Shown: positions 39,772 through 52,887 of the stretch, piece by piece
Numbering within the stretch: the first letter of the stretch is position 1
Layout of the letters: every line of letters starts with the position of its first letter
Origin: Eledone cirrhosa
Taxonomy: Eukaryota
Length of the DNA stretch: 64,000 nucleotides
Direction: 5' to 3'
NCBI GenBank assembly: GCA_964016885.1
Contig: OZ024754.1
Coordinates: 42,036,001 to 42,100,000 of the forward strand
Notes under the pieces: generated by a model
The model's database searches: none
The model's input: the letters and a program-made list of their open reading frames with translations, nothing else
What the model was told of the DNA's origin: nothing
Program-made: the position numbers and the translations under genes

Positions 39772-40059
39772 AACACACACATATATATATACATATACAG
39801 ACACACACACACATTTATATCGGTGTGGGTACAAATGAATAACGAAATAAAAGTACAATCAACACATAATATGGAAGTTGGGAGTATTTATATTGACAGC
39901 TTCACTTATTCCTGCATTACCAGAAGTTTCGAGATGTAAACACGTCTATCTACTCAGTATCTGAAGATACCTAATGATTTATATCACAAGGTGTCAGGTT
40001 TTATCTCATACTGGCCAAAAGGTGTCAGCTTCTATCACCCTACACAGCATCCTGACCAT

Positions 40060-40186
40060 ACTCAGCTACTTACCCACTAATACAAGTGGACTGTTCCATT
40101 TACTCAGTTACTTACCCACTAATACAAGTGGACTGTTCCATTTACTCAGTTACTTACCCACTAATTCAACAAGTGGACTGTTCCAG
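40060..40186. repeat. ~42-bp tandem repeat, 3 copies
   Basis: ACTCAGTTACTTACCCACTAATACAAGTGGACTGTTCCATTT. Confidence 0.8.
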
Positions 40187-40361
40187 TGATTGACCAATGA
40201 AAATTAAGTTAAAGCCCATCTCAAGTCAAGGGAGTTATCAGGTCAGAATTTATCCATTAAGCAACTGTGACAACAAGATAAGAAGCCAGTTCAATATAAA
40301 GGTCTCCTGATACCTGTACCTTATACAATAACTTGCAAAATATAAAGGGTCTCCTTTGTGA

Positions 40362-40520
40362 AGAGAACTCCTTAACCATACAGCCATACCTACACCTTGT
40401 TAAGAGAACTCCTTAACCACACAGCCATACCTACACCTTGTTAAGTGAACTCCTTAACCACACAGCCATACCTACACCTTGTTAAGTGAACTCCTTAACC
40501 ATACAGCCATACCTACACTT
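40362..40520 (-). repeat. 41-bp tandem repeat, ~4 copies, resembling a SINE A-box head
   Basis: Minus strand reads AGGTATGGCTGTGTGGTTAAGGAGTT (TGGCNNNGTGG A-box-like). Confidence 0.65.
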
Positions 40521-41267
40521 TATACAATAACTTCCAAAATATAAAGGTCTCCTTTGTAGAGAGAAAGATTTCCAATCAATAGACTCCACTTGAGTTTATT
40601 ATTTATATTGATTCTGTTTCCAGCCTGTGGGATGAAATATAGATAAACCACATAACAGGACTAAATCGGTGAAGCATCCCGTCCCCCCTAAATATCTCCA
40701 TCAGTATCAGAATCCACTGCTTTATCTTAACACATTGTAATAATATAGAAACATACAAGTAAAACAACAACACAAAAAAAGTTGTATTAGGTTCTGGATG
40801 ATTAATTCTGAAAGTGGGAATTCATGTGAAAAAAAACCAATTACTAATCCACAAACAGCTAATTGCCTCCAAGCTAATTAAGGCAGCAAATACAGACCAA
40901 ACTTCAAACTCCTCTCAGGCTCAGAACTTCTCAATAATCTGACAAAAGATGGTAATAACTTTGCAGTTCTTAATTCATAAATTGCAAAGAAAACCAAGTT
41001 CCTGAAGGTTAGTCCTCTATTTAAATATTGGTCAACTAAAATGTACCGAAATTTGTACTTTGGTTGACCCATTAATACAAAAATGTGTAAAGTTTACAAT
41101 GCTAAGCTTTTGAAATTATGGTTTTACTTCTTCCCAAGCGTGAAACTAATAAGATTTTGTGTTTTTGTGTCTCTATGGTGTTTGTTTTGTCTATTCTTGA
41201 ACTATAAACATATATACACACATATACATACATATACATACATACATACATATATATATATATACAT

Positions 41268-41620
41268 ATCATCATCATCATCACCATCATTTCATTTTAC
41301 GTCTGCTTTTCCCTGCTTGCAAGGGTGGGACAGGAACTGATTCTGGCTTGATTTCTACAGCTGGATGCCCTTCCTAACACCAACCTCATTTACAGTGAGT
41401 GCTGGGTGCTTTTTTTGCCGTGGCACCTCCACGACCACTTTACAGTGGAATGATAGGGACCCCAGTCCCTATCATCTCATTTCTACAGCTGAGTAAACTG
41501 GAGCAATGTGAAATAAAGTGTCTTGCTCAAGGAAACAACACATCTGAGAATTGAACTCACAACCTTTCGATTGAAAGGCCAATGCTCTAACCAATGCTCT
41601 AACCACTAAGCCATGTGCCT

Positions 41621-41622
<2 letters not shown>
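41268..41622 (-). mobile_element. SINE family A, full length
   Basis: Near-identical reverse complement of 19606-19948, with a small deletion and a 12-bp duplication. Confidence 0.88.
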
Positions 41623-41662
<40 letters not shown>

Positions 41663-41679
41663 TATATATATATATATAT

Positions 41680-41722
<43 letters not shown>

Positions 41723-42465
41723 TTTTGTTAAAATTGGATTTTAGTCTTCAAATTTATCATTATTACTATATATATATATATAAACCATGCTAGCATGGAA
41801 AAAGGGACATAAAATGGTGATGATGATGATATATATGCATACATACATATGCATCATACATGCATATACATATATATGCATGTATGCATATATGTATGCA
41901 TGTGTGTATGCATATATATATATATGAATATATACATATATGTATATATACATATATGTATATCTATGTGTGTGAATGTCTGTATATATATATATATGTA
42001 TGTATATATGTATGTATATATGTATGTATATATGTATGTATACCTATCAGTCATTTCATATTAATTCTAGACTAAGATAGAGCTGAGATAGTTCAGTGGA
42101 GACTCAACCTAATAACATAAACTGGAGAGGAGAAGATTTTATGAGAAAATGTCCAGAAATTAGAGAGAAGAGGAAAGAAAGGAAAATGGATTTAAGATAT
42201 AATGGAGTGAACAAATAGAAGAGTCTGTTGTTGATAGAGGATGGGGGTGGGTGGGGGAAGAAGAAGAAGAAGCTGGAGGAGGAGAAGAAGAAGAAGAAGG
42301 TGAAGAAGGCGAAGAAGAAGAAGAAGAAGAAGAAGAAGGCGAAGGTGAGGAAGAAGAAGAAAAAGGCGAAGGTGAGGAAGAAGAAGAAGGCGAGGGAGGA
42401 GAAGAAGAAGAAGAAGAAGAAGAAGAAGAACGACAACCACCACCACCACCACCACCACCACCACC

Positions 42466-42499
<34 letters not shown>

Positions 42500-42844
42500 A
42501 TACTACAACAAAGAAAGAATCAATGTTGGTCTGATAGTGACTTCTTTGTTACAAAAAGTGAAGCTATTTTATTCTGACTAACCTGGAATATTATGAATCT
42601 TTACAGATTTCGAAATAGACAAAAGTTGAAGAATGATGATTTAGTTATATGTTGAAAGAATAACTCTTTAAAGAAACTATTATACTAAACAATTAGACCA
42701 TTAATAACGCCACATCAATAGAATACTTACACTAGACTGAATTTTACAACCAAACTCCATCAATAGCATTAACAACTTCTACAAAATCTCATCTACTCTT
42801 TTCTATGGGAAGCAATAAATCAGCTGTTTTAAGATTGGTTAATT

Positions 42845-43645
42845 TATTAATTGTTTCTACTTTGGGCACAAGGCCAGCAATTATTCCAGTGCATTACTGG
42901 TACTTTATTTTATCGTCCCCGTAAGGATGAAAGGCAAAGTTAACCTCGACGGGATTTGAACTCAGACCATAAAGGGACGTAACTATGCTGCAAAGCATGG
43001 CGTCCGACCCTCTACCAATACTGGCAATCCATCATGACTACTCAAATGAGAAGTTCCAAAACCCAATTGTGCACCATGATAAATGTGGCACATTTTACTT
43101 TTTTGTTTTATTATTTATTATTAGAGTTACAGCCCTTTATCATCTGATTTCAAATCAAAGGTTAACTTTGCTTTCATCCTTACGGGGTCGATAAAATAGT
43201 ACCAGTAATGTACTGGGATCAATTTAATCGACTTTCCCCTCCCCCAAGTCGATAAAATAAAGTACCTGTAATGTACTGGGTAATTGCTGGGTGTTTCTGG
43301 TCATCCTCCACATGTGGTTGATCTCTATTTCCAGGTCTTTGTATTTTGACAGTTTCTCCATTGTTTTTATAGATGTATTCTTGTCAGTTGGTATGGAAAT
43401 ATCTGTACGGCTACATGTCCGATCTGCTTTGTTTTTTATTATTTTTATTGCGCATGTGCGGTGAATTGGCAGTATCGGTAGAGGGTCGGACACCATGCTT
43501 TCCAGCATAGTTACATCCCTTTACGATCTGAGTTCAAATCCCGCCGAGGTTGACTTTGCCTTTCATCCTTACGGGGTCGATAAAATAAAGTACCAGTAAT
43601 GCACTGGGTAATTGCTGGCCTTGTGCCTAAAGTAGAAACAATTAT
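42845..43645. mobile_element. Cluster of SINE family B copies (42845-43030 -, 43125-43290 +, 43462-43645 +)
   Basis: Shared head, core and tail motifs. Confidence 0.8.
43295..43430 (-). mobile_element. Fragment of the restriction-like endonuclease domain of an R4/Dong-type retrotransposon
   Basis: DISIPTDKNTSIKTMEKLSKYKDLEIEINHMW. Confidence 0.7.
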
Positions 43646-43689
43646 TTTTATTGCGCATCATAACTGCTTTACTGATCATAGTTCCGTGC

Positions 43690-44060
43690 AGTGTAGTTTT
43701 TCCTGATGTTGTTTCTATTGTTTTGATAGTACTTTTCGTAATATGTGTGCAGTTCCTAGTAGTGCTATCTTTTGTATGCTGTATATATTTGTAAGACCTG
43801 GGGTTTTGGCTATGGATTTTTCTGTGTGTATTTTTATCATTCCCAGAGCACCTATTGTTATAGATATTGTTTCTATTTTCATTTTCCACATTCAAGTTAT
43901 TTCTATCTCTAGATCTTTATATTTGGAGAGTTTCTCTATTTCCTTGGAAGATATATTGTCATCTGTGGGGATAGATACATCTTTTAGAAGGCATTTTTTT
44001 TCTCTGTGGTCTTTGACTCTATTTGGTCGGTTGGCACTGATGTCTCTGTTGTCTATATGT
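43690..44060 (-). mobile_element. 3' end of an R4/Dong-type non-LTR retrotransposon (REL domain), degraded
   Basis: DISANRPN..KDHREKKCLLKDVSIPTDDNISSKEIEKLSKYKDLEIEI, then ..IGALG..QKIALLGTAHILRKVL. Confidence 0.78.
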
Positions 44061-45290
44061 ATTTTTATTTTTGTTTTACAACATGAAGAACTAGTCTGGA
44101 ATTTATGCAAATCCAATCGTTTTCTATAGATAGAAAAAAGTAAAAAAACCAACAAAATGAATTAGATTATGTAGATAGAACATTTATGACATGAGAAATT
44201 CTTGACAATATGTATAATATAGAGTGATTTAGAATTGGTATATAGAGGCTGGCTCTGCTATATTATTCCCATTAGGATAAAGTCTTTTATGGTAATTTGG
44301 TTTCTTTAATGTGGACAACATGTTGTTGGTGGTAGTGTTGGTGTCGGTGGTAGTGTTGGTGTCAGTGGTAGTGTTGGTGTTGGTGGTAGTGTTGGTGGTA
44401 GTGTTGGTGTTGGTGGTAGTGTTGGTGGTAGTGTTGGTGTTGGTGTTAGTGGTAGTGTTGGTGTTGGTGGTAGTGTTGGTGTCAGTGGTAGTGTTGGTGT
44501 TGGTGTTGGTGGTAGTGTTGGTGTTGTTGTTGTTATCGGTGTTAGTGTTGTTGTTGGCGGTGGTGGTGGTGGTGTTTGTGTTGTTGGTGGTGTTAATGTT
44601 GATGTTGTTGTTGGTGTTGTTGTTGTTGTTGTTGTTATTGTTGTTGATGTTGTTGGTGTTGTTGATAGGGTTGTTATTGTTGTTGTTGTCGTTAGTGTTT
44701 GATAGTTTTGGTTATGTTACATTGAACATAAGTGACGGAAGAAGTCCATTGATTACCTGAGACAAGGTGAAGACATGTTGAAGTTTTGATCTATTAATAT
44801 AACCTCAAATGAAAATGAAAGAGTTGCTAAAATATTGCCGTATAGTTATGGCAATATAGTTGTCTGCTTGTATATGTTGCCATAGCAACTGTGTCATGCT
44901 ATAGGTTTCATTGGGATTTACACCCCAACTCATTCAATATGTTATATAAAGAAAGATAGCCAATAGCACGGTTGATGTAATTTCTTTTGGAAAAAATGTA
45001 TGAGAGCTCTTCAAGGGCAGGTAATTTTGAAATTAGCTATAAATAAACACTATATATATATATATATATATAATGGAAAATGTGTGACATCCTTGGTACA
45101 GTTAGGTATATTTGAAAAAAGGAAAAGAATGCAAAAGAAAACACTTTGATTTAATTTTATAAAATAAATCATAATATTATAAAATTAAATCAAATTGTTT
45201 AGAACTACAAGTGAAGTCATTCTTTTCCTTTTTTCAAATGTATATAAGGTTTGTTTGATAAACAAACTAAACATGCACTGAATGAATGAG

Positions 45291-45340
<50 letters not shown>

Positions 45341-45736
45341 TTCAAAAGATTGTGTAAAAAGACACAAATGATCAGATAAGCGAGAAGAGAGAAACTGGAA
45401 ATGTAAAGAAAAGTTAGTTGAGTGACTGATAAATATTTTAAGTCTATCTGACACTGAAAAATAAAAGCTGGAGGGGGTAAAAAAAACTTGAGAACATGCC
45501 ACCATATAAGCAGGAATAGAAAAAGAAGATCAAAATTGACACAAAAGTATTCAATCTGATAGATTAATTTGTTTGTCTTCTGATTATTGTGTTGTTTGCT
45601 TCTTTAGTTTTTTATTATTTGTTTTTCAAAAGTTTAGTTAAATTTCCAGAGTAAAACAAAATATAATTCTTCAACATCTTTTCTCTATGTTGAATTGACT
45701 TTCATTTTATTTTTTTATTTGCCAGAAGAAATAGTA

Positions 45737-45767
<31 letters not shown>

Positions 45768-45788
45768 GAGTGTGTGTATGTAAATGTG

Positions 45789-45840
<52 letters not shown>

Positions 45841-45842
<2 letters not shown>

Positions 45843-46056
45843 GTAGGTCCCGGGTTGAGTCGGGGATAACCACAGTAAGTAAGGTACTCAATACATGGCA
45901 GAGTAAAATATATTTATTGTATAGAAGGAGCTTCTACAGGACTAGAACTATACCTAAATGTATAAATACCAGAACTTAATATGACACCCAGCTTCCTGAA
46001 GATTTCATCTGAATGAAACAGTTCTAGTCCTGTAGAAGCTCCTTCTATACAATAAA
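45841..46056. mobile_element. Family H2 element, asymmetric inverted composite
   Basis: Minus arm 45841-45950 matches 16802-16910. The plus arm carries TATAAATA (45961) followed by the HHR. Confidence 0.8.
45990..46040 (+). ncRNA. Type I hammerhead motif (H2)
   Basis: AGCTTC-CTGAAGA-TTTCATCTGAAT-GAAA-CAG TTCTAGTC CTG-TA-GAAGCT, with a 6-bp helix I. Confidence 0.8.
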
Positions 46057-46074
46057 TATATATATATATATATA

Positions 46075-46240
46075 TTGGTGTTAGGAAGGGCATCCAGCCG
46101 TAGAAAACCTGCCAGATAGTCCTATACGAGCGAGACACTGTCACCTGATCAATCTTACCTCAAGTGAGACTATTCCCGTCTAACCCATGCTAGCGTGGAA
46201 GATAGATGTTAAACGATGATGATGATGATGATGATGATGA
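46075..46240 (+). mobile_element. 3' end of an RTE-tailed SINE/LINE
   Basis: GGTGTTAGGAAGGGCATCCAGC...AACCCATGCTAGCGTGGAAGATAGATGTTAAAC(GAT)n. Confidence 0.75.
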
Positions 46241-46245
46241 TATAT

Positions 46246-46452
46246 ATAACAAGGAAGGTGTGGTAAGATACCAGGTGGACAATAACCCACCAGAGTGCTC
46301 GATATTTAGGGTAGTAGAGTGGGTAATAGGAAAAGAGCCAGGAGCCCGACGGCTGAGCTCCGGCTGTTTCGACAGCTAGATCCGAACTGGCATAGTTCGG
46401 ATCTAGCTGTCAAAACGGCCGGAGCTCAGCCATCGGGGTCCTGACTCTTTTC

Positions 46453-46456
<4 letters not shown>
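46246..46456. mobile_element. Family H1 fold-back element
   Basis: Inverted arms pivot on GACAGCTAGATCCGAACT-GGCAT-AGTTCGGATCTAGCTGTC. Confidence 0.75.
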
Positions 46457-46492
<36 letters not shown>

Positions 46493-46494
<2 letters not shown>

Positions 46495-47057
46495 AGGGCG
46501 GGTAAAATTCCTGCCGAGATCCATGGACGAGTTCTCTCCACCGGTCTCTGTCCCTCATTATCGCTGCCATGTCCTGCGTCTCCAGCAGACCAGTGTCTGT
46601 CCTTAGGGCATCAACATACGTTAACTCTGGATGTCGGTGAGCATGTCCAGCAAACCTCAGTCTCCTCTGTGTCACTTTTGAGCTGACTTTTGGGATGCTC
46701 CCATACAGCTCTGAGTTTTTCATCCTCAGTGTATACTGATTAATGTTCAGAGCCATCCTCAGCATTCTCGTGTAGCACCCATCCACCATCTGAGTGAGTT
46801 TCTTGGTCAGTGTCCAAGTCTCAGACCCGTACAGCAGCACAGACTCCACTACAGCAAAATATCTGGTAGAGAATGTTGAGAAGCCAGAGGGGATCACTAA
46901 TGTAGGCGGGAAGCCGCTAGAATTGGTTGAGGATTTCCTGTATTTGGGAGCAAAGATTGGGAATACGGAAGATGATGTGGTTGAGAGGAAGAGCAAAGCC
47001 TGGGCGGCGTGCCACAGCTTGAGATCGGTGTGGAAGTCGGACCTTCATAAAGACCTG

Positions 47058-47058
<1 letters not shown>
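46493..47058 (-). mobile_element. RTE-like LINE 3' fragment with a 5' inversion (same family as 35376-35878)
   Basis: Minus-strand 3' part 46493-46852. The plus-strand upstream part 46853-47058 encodes LELVEDFLYLG...VWKSDLHKDLK. Confidence 0.85.
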
Positions 47059-47089
<31 letters not shown>

Positions 47090-47113
47090 TATATTTATTA
47101 AAATAACAGATTA

Positions 47114-47166
47114 AAGTTTAAGCAAAGAATCGCTGCTTTCACCCTTAACGGGATCTTCTGAAACTC
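47114..47166 (-). ncRNA. Hammerhead-like motif, U4A variant (H4), third copy
   Basis: Matches 39589-39641 with one loop substitution. The element spans ~47095-47198 between (TA)n tracts. Confidence 0.68.
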
Positions 47167-47494
47167 GGATTTTAGTCTTCACATTTATTATTATTACTAT
47201 ATATATATATGTGTGTGTGTATCATCATCATCATCATCATTATCATCCAGTTTTTGATTATGCAAAACCCAATTAATCTCTAAGTAGGGGTTGGTCCAGC
47301 CTGACAACAATCCTTAGTGTCCTGCTCCATGTGTTTCTGATGGCCAGTCTCACTAGGGCCGGGCCAAGCCTAGCTTGATTCCAACGGGTGTCCTCCATCC
47401 ATAAACCTTCATTCAGAATTCAAGTTGCATCCAATATACTTAAGATAGTTTTTGGTATAGTGGAAAAAAAAAACTTCCTCTGCCAACCTCAGAC

Positions 47495-47775
47495 ATTATA
47501 GGGTAATAAATAGAAACCGTTTGTATTGGCATGAATGTATGATGTGCATGGATGGTGATTGGTGGGTGAAGAGGTGCCAGGAAATCCCAGTGGAAGGAAG
47601 CCACAGTAGAGGTCGACCAAAGAAGACTTGGGCAGAAGTGGTGAAAGTTAATCTCAAATCGCTAAGACACACAGAGGAGATGACAAAGGAACATGGCAAG
47701 TGAAGAGATGCTGTACTGAAAAGGACCTGTCTAACCCATGGAAGCGGGGGAAAATGGTTGTAAAAATGATGATGT
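47495..47775 (+). mobile_element. Degraded 3' end of an RTE LINE
   Basis: WVKRCQEIPVEGSHSRGRPKKTWAEVV, paralogous to the end of the 37-39 kb ORF. Confidence 0.8.
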
Positions 47776-48379
47776 AAATGATGATTATTATCATTATTCT
47801 ATCTAGAAGCTAAATACACAACAAATGAAACAATAAAAAGTTGGTAACAGGACATTAAAAAAGGTGAAAATGGCAGATTATATCACAGAAGGTTTTGAAG
47901 TGAATGCTGAGACAGCATCACCTAACTAGTCTAGAGTGTGCTCCTTGTTTAGTTTTACCTTCAGGTCTCAGATTTCTTCTTATAAATTCATTCATTATGC
48001 TTTCTATAGCCTTACCATCTTTTACTGCCCTTCCTTTTATATGTATTTCACTTTAATATCAAATAACCTTGAAGAATGGCAGCTTCTCTGGAACCCAGCC
48101 CCCACCCGACACCTTCAACTTTTACTGATTTTTATTTCTTTACTTTCTTTATAAGCATTGGTCTTTTTATGGGATGAGGTTTTATGAGATTTCAGGCTTT
48201 CTTCTTTTGAAAACACCTATAATTACACACACACACACACATCCACACACACACACATCCACACACATGCACATCCACACACACATGCACATCCACACAC
48301 ACATGCACATCCACACACACATCCACACACATAAATGCATATACACACACAAATTTGCATGTATATGTGTGTATACTTG

Positions 48380-48428
<49 letters not shown>

Positions 48429-48433
48429 ATATA

Positions 48434-48466
<33 letters not shown>

Positions 48467-48467
48467 G

Positions 48468-48511
<44 letters not shown>

Positions 48512-48533
48512 TATATATATATATATACATATA

Positions 48534-48599
<66 letters not shown>

Positions 48600-48852
48600 T
48601 ATATATATATATATATACACCACTAGTACAGAGTCTTTACAGTAAAGTCACCTGGTGATGGTGGTAGTGGTGGTGGTAGTGGTGGTGGTAGTGATGGTGG
48701 TGATGATAATGAAAATGGAAATTTCTAAAATGTGCCAAGTATTTATAATTAAGATTTCTTTTGACTTGAAACATAAAATAAAGTACCAGTGATGCACTGA
48801 GGTCACTTTAATTGACTGTTACCCCCACCCGCAATTATTCATTCATTAATCA

Positions 48853-49035
48853 CTGGCAGTATCAGTAGAGGGTCGGACGCCATGCTTTCCAGCATAGTTA
48901 CGTCCCTTTACGATCTGAGTTCAAATCCCGCCGAGGTTGACTTTGCCTTTCATCCTTACGGGGTCGAGAAAATAAAGTACCAGTAATGCCTTGGGGGTAA
49001 TTGCTGGCCTTGTGCCTAAAGTAGAAACAATTAAT
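48853..49035 (+). mobile_element. SINE family B
   Basis: Head, B-box, core and tail present. Confidence 0.8.
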
Positions 49036-49407
49036 CACAGAAATAACAACAATATTTTATGACGTTACTGGGCCTCCATAGTATTTATTACTACTGGGCT
49101 TCCATAGTATTTGTTATTCAGTCACTACTGGGCCTCCATAGACACAAGTATCAATCACATCAACCACCATTCACTACTATTAATTGAACTATAATTTCTG
49201 TCTCTTCAGAGTTCCGATATCTAGTATTTTGTTGGCCACTTTAATCAGTTGTGACATTCCGGAACTATTCTCATTAATAATCCATTAATTACTGCAGTAT
49301 TCCCCTAATTCTACGATACAATCTCTCCATGTTTCTCACTCACCTTTATTCAACGCTAACCAATCACATCCCAGCCACTGGTATTCTCATACAATAACTA
49401 CCAGCCA

Positions 49408-49620
49408 TGGCAGTATCACTAGAGCGTCAGACACCATGCTTTGCAGCATAGAGTTACGGCCCTTTATGATCTGAGTTCAAATCCCGCCGAGGTTAACTTT
49501 GCTTTTCATCCTTACGGGGGTCGATAAAATAAAGTACCAGTCACGCACTGGTGTCGATTTAATCGACCCCCCCCCCCCCCCCCAAATTGCTGGCTTTGTG
49601 CCTTTAGTAGAAATCATTAA
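49408..49620 (+). mobile_element. SINE family B
   Basis: Head, B-box, core, poly-C linker and tail present. Confidence 0.8.
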
Positions 49621-50289
49621 TTAGCAGTACTAACACAGTGTGATTCACAATAAAGACATATATGGTAGCATATATCGTCCTTATCATCATCATCATCATC
49701 AACATCATTTAATGTCCACTTTCCCTGCTAGGTTTACACAGGTCGTCAGCAGACACGGTTGGTACTTAAACAAAGGTATTGAGTCCTTGGTGGGCTGCAT
49801 CTCGCTTATCTTCCTTCACCCTACCAAGTATTTTGATGACCCAGTGGCCTGTGACTCCCTACATATGATACCATGTTACCAAGTGCAACACTATGGAGGT
49901 TGTCATGTCCTTCACACAGCTGAAGAGTCCTTCCAGCCCTTTTTAAGGGTCAGGTTCTCCGACTCCCTACATATGATACCATGCTACCAAGTGCAACACT
50001 ATGGAGGTTGTCATGTCCTTCCAGCCCTTTTTAAGGGTCAGGTTCTCTACAGCAACCATGTTGAGGTATGCTAACCATCCATACTCTGACTGTGAGTATT
50101 TTAAGCTGTGGTTATATCACAACTACCTCAGTAAATGTGTGAGAATTGTGGCTGAAGAGGGAAAATATAATGAAATTTACAAGTCACACCTATGCAGGTT
50201 TAGTTAGCCTCATCAGAGGTTGTATCTCATTGGGGGTTTCTCAGGAGTGTTTTAAGGATAGGAGCCCCTACTCCTATCATGAAAAAAGC

Positions 50290-51230
50290 GACATGAAATG
50301 AAGTGTCTTGCTCAAGAACACAACATATTGCCCGGTCCTGGAATCAAACCCACAATCCGATGACCCAGAGTTCAACACCCTTACCACTAGTCTCACACAC
50401 CTTTATATGGCCAAGAGTCCAACACTCTAACCACTAGTCTCACACACCTTTATATGGCCAAGAGTCCAACACTCTAACCACTAGTCTCACACACCTTTAT
50501 ATGGCCAAGAGTCCAACACTCTAACCACTAGACCGACACACCTTTATATGACCCAGAATCCAACACTCTAACCACTAGACCTACACACCTTTATATGACC
50601 CAGAGTCCAACACTCTAACCACTAGACCTACACACCTTTATATGGCCAAGAGTCCAACACTCTAACCACTAGACCTACACACCTTTATATGGCCAAGAGT
50701 CCAACACTCTAACCACTAGTCTCACACACCTTTATATGGCCAAGAGTCCAACACTCTAACCACTAGTCTCACACACCTTTATATGACCCAGAGTCCAACA
50801 CTCTAACCACTAGACCTACACACCTTTATATGACCCAGAGTCCAACACTCTAACCACTAGACCTACACACCTTTATATGACCCAGAGTCCAACACTCTAA
50901 CCACTAGACCGACACACCTTTATATGACCCAGAATCCAACACGCTAACCACTAGACCTACACACCTTTATATGACCCAGAGTCCAACACTCTAACCACTA
51001 GACCTACACACCTTTATATGACCCAGAGTCCAACACTCTAACCACTAGACCGACACACCTTTATATGACCCAGAATCCAACACGCTAACCACTAGACCTA
51101 CACACCTTTATATGACCCAGAGTCCAACACTCTAACCACTAGTCCAACACACCTTTACAGGTAGAAGTCCAACACCCTAATCACTAGACTCACACACCTT
51201 TATAGGTAGAAGTCCCACACACCTGTATAG
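50290..51230 (-). repeat. SINE (50290-50402) whose tRNA head is amplified as a 47-bp minisatellite (~18 copies)
   Basis: Unit CCAGAGTCCAACACTCTAACCACTAGACCTACACACCTTTATATGAC is contiguous with the SINE body GAAGTGTCTTGCTCAAGAACACAAC. Confidence 0.85.
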
Positions 51231-52449
51231 GTTGAGGTTTCCAAAGACAACTGGTTTTAAAGTTTCTTCCAAACATATTTCAAATGAAAACAAAAACTCT
51301 TAATTATTTTATGAGCAAAACACCTTTGGATTAGGTATACTTATTAGAGATAAAGAATACTGAATTAATTAGAAGAAAAATAATGTGTGTGTGTAATTTG
51401 GAATATGTGTGTGGAAGTGTGTGGGAGTGTATGTGTGTGGTGTGTGTGTATGTAGTTTGGAATATGTGTGTGGAAGTGTGGGAGTGTATGTGTGTGGTAT
51501 GTGGTGTGTGTGAGTGTGTGTGTATGTGTGTGTATGGTGTGTGGTGTGTGTGTAGTTTGGAATATATGTACGTGGAGATGTGTGGAAGTGAGGGAGTGTG
51601 TGTGTGTGGTGTGTGGTGTGTACGTGTGTGTGTCTGCATGTATGTGTGTATGTGTGTGTATGGGTGGCTGCATGTACGTGTGTGTGTATTTGGAGTGTAT
51701 GTACATGTATGTGTGTGTATTTATGCTATGTATGCTTTGTGTGTATCTGAAGTGTGTGAATGCATGTGTACTTAGTGTGGGTGTATGTATGTGTGTGTGA
51801 GTGTATGTGTATGTGCGTGCATGTATGTATATGTGTACGTATGTATGCGTGTGTGTATGCTTACATGTGTGTGAATGTGTTACACACATGTATGTGTGTG
51901 TGTACGTATGTATGTGTGAGTGTATGGATACATGTATGCATATGTGTACGTATGTATGTGTGTATGCTTACATGTGTGTGAATGTGTTACACACATGTAT
52001 GTGTGTGTGTACGTATGTATGTGTGAGTGTATGGATACATGTATGCATATGTGTACGTATGTATGTGTGTGTGTATGCTTACATGTGTGTGAATGTGTTA
52101 CACACATGTCAGCAGTTGTTTGATTCTCACAGTTAAAGGTACATTACACATTACACTGTTCAATGTATCTTTACAGCTTCAGAAATAATTGCTTTCTGCA
52201 TCATCATCATCATCATCATTATTAATATTATTATTTACTACTACTACTACCACCACCACCACCAACACCACCACCAACACCACCACTATTATCATCACCA
52301 ACACCACCACCACCAACACTACCACCACCACTACCACCACCACCACCACTACCACCACCACCACCACTACTACCACCACCACCACCACCACCACCACTAC
52401 CACCACCACCACTACCAACACTACCACCACCACCACCACTACCACCACC

Positions 52450-52481
<32 letters not shown>

Positions 52482-52497
52482 CACCACCACCACCACC

Positions 52498-52529
<32 letters not shown>

Positions 52530-52887
52530 CAACAACAACACCACCACCACCACCACCACCACCACCACCACCACCACCACCACTACCACCACCACCACCA
52601 ACACTACCACCAACAAGAACAACACCACCACCACCACAGATTTAGAAAGAATTTTTAAAAAAACCCATCAGGAAGAAGTTCTTTTGTGAAATATTGTTCA
52701 CAGCATGTTTTGAAGTCCCCCATCCCAACACTCCATCCTGACTCCACATCCCGACCCCCTAGCTGGACTCCATCCCGACCCCATATCCTGACCTCCTAGC
52801 CTGACTCCCTCCCGACCCCCTAAGTCGACCTCCAAAACCTGGCAACTGACCTACATGGATTGTAATGTAAATATCAAGTAACCCTCG

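Noticed and set aside
39905-39972. Additional hammerhead (minus strand CTGAGTA..GAAAC..GTA; plus strand CTGAAGA)
   Set aside because: The core deviates at G8 and helix I does not pair, and the plus-strand CTGAAGA has no GAAA partner. At best a decayed relic.
49852-50050. ~109-bp two-copy tandem duplication as a functional element
   Set aside because: It is a simple local duplication inside degraded repeat-like sequence, with no further structure.
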